This document shows, piece after piece, positions 9,038-18,068 of a DNA stretch of 32,000 nt. A program made the translations under genes and the position numbers. The first letter of the stretch is position 1. Each line of letters begins with the position of its first letter. This DNA is from Acholeplasma laidlawii PG-8A. Lineage in GTDB: Bacteria > Bacillota_I > Bacilli_A > Acholeplasmatales > Acholeplasmataceae. The stretch is from assembly GCF_000018785.1 (NCBI RefSeq), contig NC_010163.1:1350001-1382000 (forward strand). The letters run 5' to 3'. The notes under the pieces were generated by a model. It had not been told where the DNA came from. It ran no database searches and worked only from the letters and a program-made list of their open reading frames with translations.

Positions 9038-10251
9038 CAAACTGTCCTTCCGTTTCTTCTCATAAATCGTTTAGATAAAAACTTCACTAGTAGATTTAAC
9101 ATAAGTACCATCATTAATATAATGAGGGCAACCGTATTAGATAGTGCAACGTTTGCAGGTTCATCTGACATCATCGTTAAGATATGTACTGCAAGTGATG
9201 TTGAACTACTTGTAAGTGATACATCATCTTTAATGGTTGCACCAATTGCAAACACAAGTGCTGCTGATTCACCAATAATTCTACCAATCGCGAGTAATGT
9301 TGCTGTTAATATACCTGAAAATGCGCTTGGTAGGACAACCTTGAAGGTTGTTTGTGTCTCATTTGCACCAAGTGCAAGGGAAGCAAATCTATAATCCATA
9401 GGTACCACTTTAAGTGATTCTTCTGTCGTTCTTATAATTACTGGTAAGACAATAACCGCTAACGTTAATGCACCAGATATTAGGTTACCACCAGTTGCAC
9501 TTGTTAGTGATATCGTAATAGGTACAAAGAGTGCCAATCCCATAAGACCGTAGATAATAGATGGTACACCAGTAAGTGTTTCAATAAATGTTCTAAGTCG
9601 TTTATTAAACCAATTATTACCTGCATACTCATTTAAGAAAATAGATGCTCCAATACCAATAGGTAGTGCAAATACTAAGGTTAATCCGATAAGTACTAAA
9701 GTTGTAATAATAGATCCTCTAATACCACCACCTGGAGTTTGAAATTCAAACTCTCTAATACTTTCTACCATATCCAGCATGCTAATCATATTTTCTGCAC
9801 CTTGAATAGAGAGTGCAGAAGGTTGATTCGTAAATGCAATTCTTACAACAGCATATTTATCTTTAAGCTCAATCTCACTTTGACCAATACCTTTATTCAC
9901 CATATGAAGTAGTGGTGAATCTTCATGTACATAATCAATAAAGATTATATTTTTACCTAATAGGTCCATATCATCTCTTAATGCAATACCCCATTTTGTA
10001 GAATAATACACATCTTCATCTAATTCAAAATCAATGGTGTAGTTCCCCACACTGTAATCTTCTTTTAACTTAGTAACATAAGTTACAGATTCATAGTTAT
10101 TTAAAATTAGATCCATATTAAGTAAAGGAATCCCTTGAATAAAGACATTAACTACAATCAGCATTAATACAGCAAAACTTACAAAAGCTCCGCCGTAAGT
10201 TAATAGATTTCTAATGACATCTTTATATCGAAATTTAGGTTTATTTAACAT
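9037..10251 (-). CDS. pstA: Phosphate ABC transporter permease PstA, with long extracytoplasmic insertion
   Basis: 404 aa. [96 protein letters not shown]. About 115 extra residues between TM1 and TM2. Confidence 0.93.
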   Translation of the reverse strand: MLNKPKFRYKDVIRNLLTYGGAFVSFAVLMLIVVNVFIQGIPLLNMDLILNNYESVTYVTKLKEDYSVGNYTIDFELDEDVYYSTKWGIALRDDMDLLGKNIIFIDYVHEDSPLLHMVNKGIGQSEIELKDKYAVVRIAFTNQPSALSIQGAENMISMLDMVESIREFEFQTPGGGIRGSIITTLVLIGLTLVFALPIGIGASIFLNEYAGNNWFNKRLRTFIETLTGVPSIIYGLMGLALFVPITISLTSATGGNLISGALTLAVIVLPVIIRTTEESLKVVPMDYRFASLALGANETQTTFKVVLPSAFSGILTATLLAIGRIIGESAALVFAIGATIKDDVSLTSSSTSLAVHILTMMSDEPANVALSNTVALIILMMVLMLNLLVKFLSKRFMRRNGRTV

Positions 10252-11197
10252 CGATGTTACCTACCTTTTTCTTTATAAAGTTTAGGATTGCATTTGTTAA
10301 TAGAATAACAACCATTAAGATAATACCCACAGAAAAACGAATATCATAATCAATACCTGTTGTTTCCTTCATACCTTCTAACATGATGGAGGTTAATGTC
10401 GATGTTGTATCTAAAATGTCAAATGAAAATCCACTTTTTCTACCACCAGCAACTAAAGATACTGCAGTAGCTTCACCTAGTGCTCGACCAATACCTAAAA
10501 TAGCTGATGCAAATATACCGGATTTTGCTGCAGTTAAAACCACTTTAAAATTGGTTTGAGATTTGGTTGCACCAAGTGCAAGGGATGCATTAACAATCTT
10601 TTGATTGACACTACGAATCGCTACCTCAGAAATAGATGCAATTGTTGGAATCGTCATAATTGCTAAAACTAAAACAGTTGCTAGCATGGAGTTACCACCT
10701 TTGGATTGGTAACCAAATGCTGCAGATAAATTGTATACAAAAGGTTTAATAATTGTAGCACCAAATAAACCAAAAATGATCGATGGTATCGATGCTAAAA
10801 TTTCAATGATTGTTCTAAATGTTTCAGATAGTTTTTTTGGTGCGACTCTTGCAATAAAAAGGGCAGTCATTACACCAATTGGTAAAGATATTAATAAAGA
10901 AAGTAATGCAATAAAAATTGTTGACACAATAATAAATCCGATACTATACAAGTTGGACTGGAAAGCAGTACCTGTAAGCCATGTATCACCGGTAATAAAT
11001 CTGAAGAAATCTACACGTCCTAAGCCTTGATTATACGTGACAAAAGGGGTTATCCCCTTAACGATAATGACCCCTACGATGATAAAAATAAATGAGGCTG
11101 AGGCGATTGTAAATACATACAATACGCCTCTAACCATTTTATCTATTAATTTATTATGGTGTTTTATATTATTTGATATATCCGTCATATAACCCAT
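10241..11197 (-). CDS. pstC: Phosphate ABC transporter permease PstC
   Basis: 318 aa. TIIEILASIPSIIFGLFGA, IASISEVAIRSVNQKIVNASLALGATKSQTNFKVVLTAAKSGIFASAILGIGRALGEATAVSLVAG. Overlaps the pstA start by 11 nt. Confidence 0.94.
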   Translation of the reverse strand: MGYMTDISNNIKHHNKLIDKMVRGVLYVFTIASASFIFIIVGVIIVKGITPFVTYNQGLGRVDFFRFITGDTWLTGTAFQSNLYSIGFIIVSTIFIALLSLLISLPIGVMTALFIARVAPKKLSETFRTIIEILASIPSIIFGLFGATIIKPFVYNLSAAFGYQSKGGNSMLATVLVLAIMTIPTIASISEVAIRSVNQKIVNASLALGATKSQTNFKVVLTAAKSGIFASAILGIGRALGEATAVSLVAGGRKSGFSFDILDTTSTLTSIMLEGMKETTGIDYDIRFSVGIILMVVILLTNAILNFIKKKVGNIDVK

Positions 11198-11216
11198 CCT
11201 TACTTAAACACATAAC

Positions 11217-12161
11217 TTATGCTTGGGCTGTTAAGATTGCACCCCAAGTTTTATAAGTGCCATTGTAAATACCTTTTAGTTGTTCAGCAGTAATGTTAGA
11301 CACTGGATTGTTTTTATGTACAATTGCAACAATTGCGTCCCACGCTAATTGTCCAGTATGTTCAACATCTGAACCTGCAATTTCACTTGCTGTGAATGGT
11401 CTAGATGAGAACCCAACATCTTTACCTACTGATGTATCTTTTACTGCTGGATCCCAAGTTCTTTTGAATGCATCTCCAGAACCTGTATGATCATGCTCAG
11501 CAATAAAGTTACCAGCTTTAGGTTTAAATGCGTTTGTAAGTGCTTCTGCTACTTTTTGGATAGAATCTGATCCACCAAATCTTACAGTAACGCCTGAGTT
11601 ATCTTGATTTGTAACTGGGTGATTTGCTTTAATATCATCCCATGTTTGTGTTGCAGGTAGTGCTATCGCACCACTGTTATTAATAATATCTGATGCATCC
11701 GTTGTACCTAGGAAAGCAACAAAAGCTTCTACTAACTGTTCAACAGTTTCTGATGCATAATCACCGCTTGCTCTTGTCATATACATAAATGGTCTTTTTA
11801 ATCCATATGTATCATTTAATACATTCGCAACCGTTGGTTTTACACCTTCAAAATTTAAGCCTTTAACTTGGTTATTTAGTGTAGATAATGAAATATAACC
11901 AATACCATATTCATCTGTTTGCATGGATGAAAATATTTGAGTGTTATCTTGTGTAACAAACCCTCGCACTAATACTGAGTCATTTGCAGATGCTTCTTTA
12001 AACCCAATACCTTCCATAAATCCGGCACGTGTTCCAGAAGTTGTATCTCTTGTATAAACTACGATATTAGCATCTTCATTAAATCCATCGTTTGATGGTC
12101 CACATGCTACAAGTAATACTGATAAAACTATAACCGATAAGATTGAAAAAGTTTTTTTCAT
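11217..12161 (-). CDS. pstS: Phosphate-binding lipoprotein PstS, apparently circularly permuted
   Basis: 314 aa. Lipobox SVLLVAC. Contains YTRDTTSGTRAGF, YGIGYISLSTL, FGGSDSIQKVAEAL, DVGFSSRPFTASE, WDAIVAIVHKNNPVSNITAEQLKGIYNG. First gene of pstSCAB-phoU. Confidence 0.93.
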   Translation of the reverse strand: MKKTFSILSVIVLSVLLVACGPSNDGFNEDANIVVYTRDTTSGTRAGFMEGIGFKEASANDSVLVRGFVTQDNTQIFSSMQTDEYGIGYISLSTLNNQVKGLNFEGVKPTVANVLNDTYGLKRPFMYMTRASGDYASETVEQLVEAFVAFLGTTDASDIINNSGAIALPATQTWDDIKANHPVTNQDNSGVTVRFGGSDSIQKVAEALTNAFKPKAGNFIAEHDHTGSGDAFKRTWDPAVKDTSVGKDVGFSSRPFTASEIAGSDVEHTGQLAWDAIVAIVHKNNPVSNITAEQLKGIYNGTYKTWGAILTAQA

Positions 12162-12193
12162 GTTATCTCCTTAGATTTAAATTTTCTACCCTA

Positions 12194-12199
12194 ATTATA
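12194..12199 (-). promoter_or_regulatory. Candidate -10 box (TATAAT) of the pst promoter
   Basis: Plus attata = minus TATAAT, about 33 nt upstream of the pstS ATG. Poor -35 (TTTTTC at 12217-12222), as expected for an activator-dependent promoter. RBS ctaaGGAGat just before the ATG. Confidence 0.6.
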
Positions 12200-12230
12200 G
12201 ACTTTTAAAATCGGTAGAAAAACCAAAGGA

Positions 12231-12258
12231 TGTAAGGAGATTGTAAAGATTTTGTAAA
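12231..12258 (-). promoter_or_regulatory. Pho-box-like direct repeats (PhoP/PhoB binding site)
   Basis: Minus strand TTTACA-aaatc-TTTACA-atctc-CTTACA. Plus-strand hexamers begin at 12231, 12242 and 12253, an exact 11-bp period as in Firmicute PhoP boxes, lying upstream of the candidate -10. Confidence 0.75.
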
Positions 12259-12259
12259 G

Positions 12260-13168
12260 TTATTTTTTAATACGTTTACTCATAATTGTTGAGGATAATA
12301 CAAGTAGTCCCATACTTAAGAGGATGCACCCTATCATAATAACAAACATAGGTACATCGATACCCAAGATACCCAACTCATTAAATCCATAAGCAACCTT
12401 AAGTTCACCCATCACTTCATTATATTGTTCCAGTGATTCAAACTTGTTTGGATCAAACAAATCAAATGCTTGTGTCATCACGACACGCTTTAATAAAATA
12501 TTCATATGTGTAAATGGTACAAGGCTAGCAACCTTTGTCATAAACTCCGGTAACACAAATAGTGGCATATAAATACCTGATGTAAACCCGATGAATGTAC
12601 CAAACACACCAGATACTGCACCAAATGCATTCACTGATTTAATTAATGATGTAATAAATATCATGATTGCAGTAGAGATAAATGAAAACAATACAACAAG
12701 TAAGATACTTTGAATATAAATCATGAATGCTAAATGTTCACCGGTTGAAATACCCATAATTAAAAAGGCTGCAACTGTTAGTAGTATTGAGATAATAACT
12801 GTAATAACAAATGAAGATAGATAGTAAGCTAGTATGACTTTATAACGTTTTACTGGTGTGACTAGAAAACTATCAATTTGACGATACTCAAAGTCATTAA
12901 TGATGTTACCCAAATTACCTAATGGAATAGATACGCTATTAATTACAATTAATCCAGGGATTAATTGTGAGTACACTAAGAAGGTAATTTGGTTATCTGT
13001 TAAGATACCTTCTAATCCACCCGGTCTTAAGTTATTACCTAAAAATAGAATATATAATCCAAGTAAGATTATAACTGATAGGAATGAGAAAAAGACTGCT
13101 GTTTTATCTCTTAAATAGGCTTTGATATTACGATTTACTAACGATATTGTACTATACATTTTGTTCAC
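12260..13168 (-). CDS. ABC-2 type transporter permease
   Basis: 302 aa, six TMs, …LGNIINDFEYRQIDSFLVTPVKRYKVILAYYLSSF…. Overlaps the start of the paired ATPase region. Confidence 0.88.
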   Translation of the reverse strand: MNKMYSTISLVNRNIKAYLRDKTAVFFSFLSVIILLGLYILFLGNNLRPGGLEGILTDNQITFLVYSQLIPGLIVINSVSIPLGNLGNIINDFEYRQIDSFLVTPVKRYKVILAYYLSSFVITVIISILLTVAAFLIMGISTGEHLAFMIYIQSILLVVLFSFISTAIMIFITSLIKSVNAFGAVSGVFGTFIGFTSGIYMPLFVLPEFMTKVASLVPFTHMNILLKRVVMTQAFDLFDPNKFESLEQYNEVMGELKVAYGFNELGILGIDVPMFVIMIGCILLSMGLLVLSSTIMSKRIKK

Positions 13169-14054
13169 CTACTACATTGACAAACACATCATCTAATGTA
13201 CCCTTTACAACTTCAAATGTTTTAATGTTTTCTTTAATATCTGTAATTAAGTCCAGTGTATCTTGAGTATCTTTAATTTCAATATAATATTGATCAGCAA
13301 TGAGCTCATATACTCTTTTTTGTTTATCTAAATAGTTAATCAGTAACACTTTATCTTTAGGTACAACCCTAAAGTAGTCCTTAGAATACTTATCCTTTAA
13401 CTCCGATGGTGAACCATGTACAACAATATTCCCCTTATGGATAACTACAATATGATCTGCATTGGCAGCTTCTTCCATGTAGTGTGTTGTTAAAAATACT
13501 GTGATACCATCATGTTTTCTTAAATCATTAATTACACGCCAAATCACTTGGCGTGTTTCAGGGTCAAGCCCTGTTGTTGGTTCATCTAATATAAGTAGTT
13601 CCGGATTAGAAAATAATGCTCTGGCAATTTCTACTCTTCTTTTTTGCCCACCAGATAAGGTTTTAAATCTTTGGTTTTCAATTTCAATTAAATTAAGTTT
13701 TTCCGCTAAAATTTCATATCTAGCTAAAACTTCCTTTTTTGAACTTAAATATAAAGCGCCTCTATTAAGTAAATTTTCCTTAACTGTAAGAGCTCCATCT
13801 AATACGTTATCTTGAAAGACGACACCAATATGATTTCTAATGTAGTTTTCATCCGTCTTACCATTTAAAAGGACTTTCCCACCATCTTTTTCAAGTAGTG
13901 TGATAATCATTCTGATGGTTGTAGACTTACCTGCACCGTTTTGACCTAAAAAGGCATAAAGTTCACCTTTTCTTACATAAAAAGAAATATTGTTGACGGC
14001 AGTTAGCTCACCATATTTCTTGTGTAGATTATTGACTTCTAATATTTTTTCCAT
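13152..14054 (-). CDS. ABC transporter ATP-binding protein (DrrA/CcmA-like exporter ATPase)
   Basis: 300 aa. GQNGAGKSTTIRMI, LSGGQKRRVEIARALFSNPELLILDEPTTGLDPETR, TTHYMEEA. Confidence 0.93.
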   Translation of the reverse strand: MEKILEVNNLHKKYGELTAVNNISFYVRKGELYAFLGQNGAGKSTTIRMIITLLEKDGGKVLLNGKTDENYIRNHIGVVFQDNVLDGALTVKENLLNRGALYLSSKKEVLARYEILAEKLNLIEIENQRFKTLSGGQKRRVEIARALFSNPELLILDEPTTGLDPETRQVIWRVINDLRKHDGITVFLTTHYMEEAANADHIVVIHKGNIVVHGSPSELKDKYSKDYFRVVPKDKVLLINYLDKQKRVYELIADQYYIEIKDTQDTLDLITDIKENIKTFEVVKGTLDDVFVNVVGEQNV

Positions 14055-14072
14055 GTATTCCTTTTCCCTTTT

Positions 14073-14981
14073 CTAAAACAATTTATTTATTTTCTTTGGG
14101 TGTACATAAACTTCTATTTCTTCTTTTAATGTCTTAACTATAATTTCACCAGTCGGACCAGCTTCACCATCTACATTCCAAATATATTTATCTGGTAATG
14201 TAATCTTTGCATAATCAGTTGTGATATGTATATCGTTGTGGAAGTATCTTCCTTTAAACAAATAAAACCAAATAATTTTCATCCATGAAAATATATGGTT
14301 TCTTGTAAAGATACGTATGTTGACTTTACCATCGTTAAACTTAGTATCTTTTGTAAACTTACTTATATTAAATCCACCTACTCTAGAACCTGAGGCGATC
14401 AATATAAGAAATGCTTTTCTATGTATTTTTAGGTTTTTAGTCTCTAAACATAGATTCATGTGATACTTATTGAAAAGATCTCTTTTTGCATTCATTAAAT
14501 AACCAAAAGAACCCATTTTTTTCAAGGTACTTCTATTAATAGTGTAACTTACATTAGAAAATTTACCAACAGCTGCCGCATAAACAAAAAACTCATTGTT
14601 GAGACTATATACATCGCTATATCTGTAGTGACTGGTTTTTAGAAGTGTTAGATTAAATTCTAAATCTTTACCTAATCCTAGCATATTAGCATAATCATTT
14701 GTTGTACCAAATGGTAAAATTAATAGTCTAGGTCTTTTATCTTTACTAATACTCATAAGACCATTGATAACTGAATGAATTGTACCATCACCTCCAGCAA
14801 TGGTAATTACATCATAATTTGGCGCCAATTTTTCAATGTCATGTGCTACTTTATCCGTTACCCTAATATCATATATATCATATTTAAAATTGTTTAGTTT
14901 AAAAAAGGTTTTGACTTTACCAAAACTTTGCATAAATTTTCCATTACCTGAAGATACGTTGTATATCAGCAATATGTTCAT
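14073..14981 (-). CDS. Diacylglycerol kinase / YegS-like lipid kinase family protein
   Basis: 302 aa. YNVSSGNGK, DVITIAGGDGTIHSVINGL, LPFGTTNDYANML, W-N-V-D-G-E-A-G. Confidence 0.88.
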   Translation of the reverse strand: MNILLIYNVSSGNGKFMQSFGKVKTFFKLNNFKYDIYDIRVTDKVAHDIEKLAPNYDVITIAGGDGTIHSVINGLMSISKDKRPRLLILPFGTTNDYANMLGLGKDLEFNLTLLKTSHYRYSDVYSLNNEFFVYAAAVGKFSNVSYTINRSTLKKMGSFGYLMNAKRDLFNKYHMNLCLETKNLKIHRKAFLILIASGSRVGGFNISKFTKDTKFNDGKVNIRIFTRNHIFSWMKIIWFYLFKGRYFHNDIHITTDYAKITLPDKYIWNVDGEAGPTGEIIVKTLKEEIEVYVHPKKINKLF

Positions 14982-15057
14982 AATCTTTTCCCCTGAGTAC
15001 CTTATAGTTCCATTATATAATATTATTATGATAAGATTAATTAAACGAGGTAATAAA

Positions 15058-15975
15058 ATGAAAACTATACATGCAATCAGTCAAGATCCTTACTTTAATT
15101 TAGCTTGGGAAGAATATATATTTAAACATATCCATAAAGATGAAGACATCTTTTTGTTGTGGCAAAATGCCCCTTCTATCATAATTGGAAGAAATCAAAA
15201 TGTATTTGAAGAAGTCTATTTAGATTATATTGTTAAACATCATATACCCCTGATACGTAGAAACTCAGGTGGTGGTACAGTCTATCATGATCTAGGTAAT
15301 ATTAATTTTAGTTTTATGACAAGCGCTAAAGGCACAATCAATAATTATAAGTTGATGACAGAAAAGATCAGGGAAGCTTTAAAAAAGTTAGGTATACCAG
15401 TTGAATTTATCGAAAAGTCAGACTTAAAAGTGAATGGTTTAAAGGTTAGTGGTAATTCTCAGTTCGTCTTTAAAGATAAACTACTGCATCACGGCACACT
15501 ACTTTTCGACTCTAATTTAGATACACTAAATAGCGTGATTAAACCTAAACATGATGCAATCGATAGTATCGGTGTGAAGTCCAATCGTTCTTTAGTGACA
15601 AACTTAAAAGAATATACTTCCCTTTCTATTGAAGAATTTAAGGCTTATTTACTCAAAGAAATAAGTGGTGAAAGTGAAGTATTAGAATTATCTACCAAAG
15701 ATATTAAGAAAATTGAAATGCTTAAAGAAGAACGTTACTTATCATTTAACTGGAATTATGGACAATCTCCAAAATCCACAATTATTAAGTCTTTGGGGGA
15801 CTACAGTATTAAATTGACTGTGAGTTTTGGTCATGTTGAGGACTGTTTTATTATGCATGAAGGTACGGTTGCACTTTCTTTATCATCTAGTTTAGTTGGG
15901 GAAAGACTTTTCCCAACCGACTTAAGTTTCTTAAAGAAAAAAGCACCTGAAGTATATCAGATGCTTTTTGAATAA
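15058..15975 (+). CDS. lplA: Lipoate-protein ligase A
   Basis: MKTIHAISQDPYFNLAWEEYIF…LLWQNAPSIIIGRNQN…IPLIRRNSGGGTVYHDLGNINFSF…LKVNGLKVSGNSQF. The ATG at 15058 follows a GAGG RBS; the track start at 14836 lies inside the divergent kinase gene and is too early. Confidence 0.93.
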   Translation: MKTIHAISQDPYFNLAWEEYIFKHIHKDEDIFLLWQNAPSIIIGRNQNVFEEVYLDYIVKHHIPLIRRNSGGGTVYHDLGNINFSFMTSAKGTINNYKLMTEKIREALKKLGIPVEFIEKSDLKVNGLKVSGNSQFVFKDKLLHHGTLLFDSNLDTLNSVIKPKHDAIDSIGVKSNRSLVTNLKEYTSLSIEEFKAYLLKEISGESEVLELSTKDIKKIEMLKEERYLSFNWNYGQSPKSTIIKSLGDYSIKLTVSFGHVEDCFIMHEGTVALSLSSSLVGERLFPTDLSFLKKKAPEVYQMLFE

Positions 15976-15979
15976 GTTA

Positions 15980-16618
15980 TTATGATAAATCGCCTAATAC
16001 AGGCACTACAACTTTTTCAAATTGGCCAATAATTGGTCCTAATAAGAATGCAGATACTAATGTAAACCAACCAATTTGTATAAAGTTGTTTGCTATAAAT
16101 GCTAATGTAATAGCAATTGAAATCATCACTGCTTCAATTGCAACTTTAGCAACCCAGGTCTTCTTAATGTAATTCTTTAAGTGGACCAAAAATACTTCTG
16201 ATGGTGCAAGTGGCATAGTTTTATTTGTAATAATAATAGATAAACTAAATCCTGATAAGATTAGGCCAACAAACGCCATTGCTGCATTAAACCACATATC
16301 ATGGCCAGCTGCACTATAGTGTACTAATACATATTTAAACCATAAATCCATTAATGATCCAAATCCAAATACGATAATTAATGACCAAAATACATAAGGC
16401 TTTTTAATGATTGCAAAGTTTAATAAAACCCATACAAGACCAAATAAAATAGATGACATACCAATTGTAAAGAAATCGTTTGGAATTAATTCAGATATAT
16501 AGTAGCTAATTGCATCATAAGGGAATGCACCTTGTTCGGTTTTTACAATAAGTGATACAGCAAACGTCATAATTGAGAAACCAACAATATGCGTCATGAT
16601 TTTTTTAAATAATTTCAT
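15980..16618 (-). CDS. YczE/YyaS/YitT-like membrane protein
   Basis: 212 aa. Multi-TM; VKTEQGAFPYDAISYYISELI, …KTWVAKVAIEAVMISIAITLAF…. Confidence 0.65.
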   Translation of the reverse strand: MKLFKKIMTHIVGFSIMTFAVSLIVKTEQGAFPYDAISYYISELIPNDFFTIGMSSILFGLVWVLLNFAIIKKPYVFWSLIIVFGFGSLMDLWFKYVLVHYSAAGHDMWFNAAMAFVGLILSGFSLSIIITNKTMPLAPSEVFLVHLKNYIKKTWVAKVAIEAVMISIAITLAFIANNFIQIGWFTLVSAFLLGPIIGQFEKVVVPVLGDLS

Positions 16619-16676
16619 AGTTCTTCCTTTAAGTAGTATTTTATTTTATAAAATATATTTAGTTATTTACTAAGTA

Positions 16677-18053
16677 TTAAATATGGATTGCTTTATCAAT
16701 TGCACCGTGTGCAGCTTCTTTAGTTAATTCAGAAAGTGTTGGGTGTGGGTGAACTGCATGAGCAATTTCATGTGCAGTAGCCTCAGATGTCATAGCAACA
16801 GCATACTCAGAAATTAATTCTGTAGCATTGTATGCATAAATATGTGCACCAAGAACTTCTAAGTATTTCTTATCCACGATTAATTTAACAAAACCTTCTT
16901 TTTCACCATCTGCTACAGCTTTACCAATTGCAGCAATAGGTACTTTAGATACTTTATAATCTAATCCTCTTGCTTTAGCTTCTCTTTCAGTTAAGCCAAT
17001 CGCTGCAATTTCTGGGAAACCATAAATTGCTGAAGGGATTTGATCATAGTTCATCTTAGCGTGACCTATTTTTAGGATATGTTGAACAGCTGTGATACCT
17101 TCATGTTCTGCAACGTGTGCTAACATGAATTTACCGTTAACGTCTCCAATAGCGTAAACACCAGGAACATTGGTTTGTAGGTATTCATTTGTTTTAATGT
17201 TTGCGCGGTCCATTTCTAATCCTAAATGCTCTAGGCCTTTAGAATTTGCACGTGTACCAACTGACATTAAAATTAAGTCACCTTCAATTGTAGTTTCTTT
17301 ACCATCTAAGCTATAAGTTACTTTATGGTCATCAACCTTTTTAACTTCTGCTTTAGTTAGAATTTCGATACCGTCACGTTTTAATGTTTTAGCATAAGCC
17401 ACACGGATATCATCATCCATAGTTGGTAAGATACCATCCATCATTTCAATGATAGTTACTTTAGAACCGAATGAATTAAATACTGTTGCAAACTCAACAC
17501 CAATAACACCACCACCTACGATAACGATAGATTTTGGATAGTTTTTAACATTTAATAATTCACGGCTTGTTACAACGATACCTTTTTCATATGCTTCTTT
17601 AACACCAGGAATTGGTGGTACTACAGCAGATGAACCGGTTGCGATAATAACATTTTTAGTTTTTAGTGATTCGCCGTTTACGACAACTTCATTTGCTGAT
17701 TTAATGTCACCAAACCCGTTATAAACGTCTACACCATTTTTCTTTAATAAGAATGCGACACCATTAGTTAATTGCTTAACAACGCCATCTTTTCTAGATA
17801 CAATTTTTGACCAGTCAAAGCCAACTTCACCTGATGTTGATACACCAAAGTCCATTGATTTTTTAACAGTGTTAAATACTTTAGCAGATTTTAAGAATGT
17901 TTTAGTTGGAATACAACCGTGGTTTAAACAAATACCACCAACAACTTCTTTTTCTACTAGAGCGACTTTTGCACCATATTGTGCAGCTTTAATCGCAGCT
18001 ACGTAACCGCCGGGACCTCCACCAACAATTATGATTTCATATTCTTTTGACAT
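16677..18053 (-). CDS. lpdA: Dihydrolipoyl dehydrogenase (E3)
   Basis: 458 aa. IIVGGGPGGYVAAIKAAQYGAKVALVEK, GGICLNHGCIPTKTFL, VYAIGDVNGKFMLAHVAEHEG, AVHPHPTLSEL. Confidence 0.96.
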   Translation of the reverse strand: MSKEYEIIIVGGGPGGYVAAIKAAQYGAKVALVEKEVVGGICLNHGCIPTKTFLKSAKVFNTVKKSMDFGVSTSGEVGFDWSKIVSRKDGVVKQLTNGVAFLLKKNGVDVYNGFGDIKSANEVVVNGESLKTKNVIIATGSSAVVPPIPGVKEAYEKGIVVTSRELLNVKNYPKSIVIVGGGVIGVEFATVFNSFGSKVTIIEMMDGILPTMDDDIRVAYAKTLKRDGIEILTKAEVKKVDDHKVTYSLDGKETTIEGDLILMSVGTRANSKGLEHLGLEMDRANIKTNEYLQTNVPGVYAIGDVNGKFMLAHVAEHEGITAVQHILKIGHAKMNYDQIPSAIYGFPEIAAIGLTEREAKARGLDYKVSKVPIAAIGKAVADGEKEGFVKLIVDKKYLEVLGAHIYAYNATELISEYAVAMTSEATAHEIAHAVHPHPTLSELTKEAAHGAIDKAIHI

Positions 18054-18068
18054 TTTGGAGTTCCTTTC

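Noticed and set aside
9122-11490. Plus-strand ORFs 9122..9394, 10731..11030 and 11293..11490
   Set aside because: Antisense to pstA, pstC and pstS respectively, which have strong family support.
12900-13815. Plus-strand ORFs 12900..13118 and 13501..13815
   Set aside because: Antisense to the ABC-2 permease and ATPase genes.
14836-15057. N-terminal extension of the lplA ORF in the track
   Set aside because: Overlaps the divergent kinase gene 5' end. LplA homology begins at MKTIHAISQDPYFNLAWEE with an RBS just upstream.
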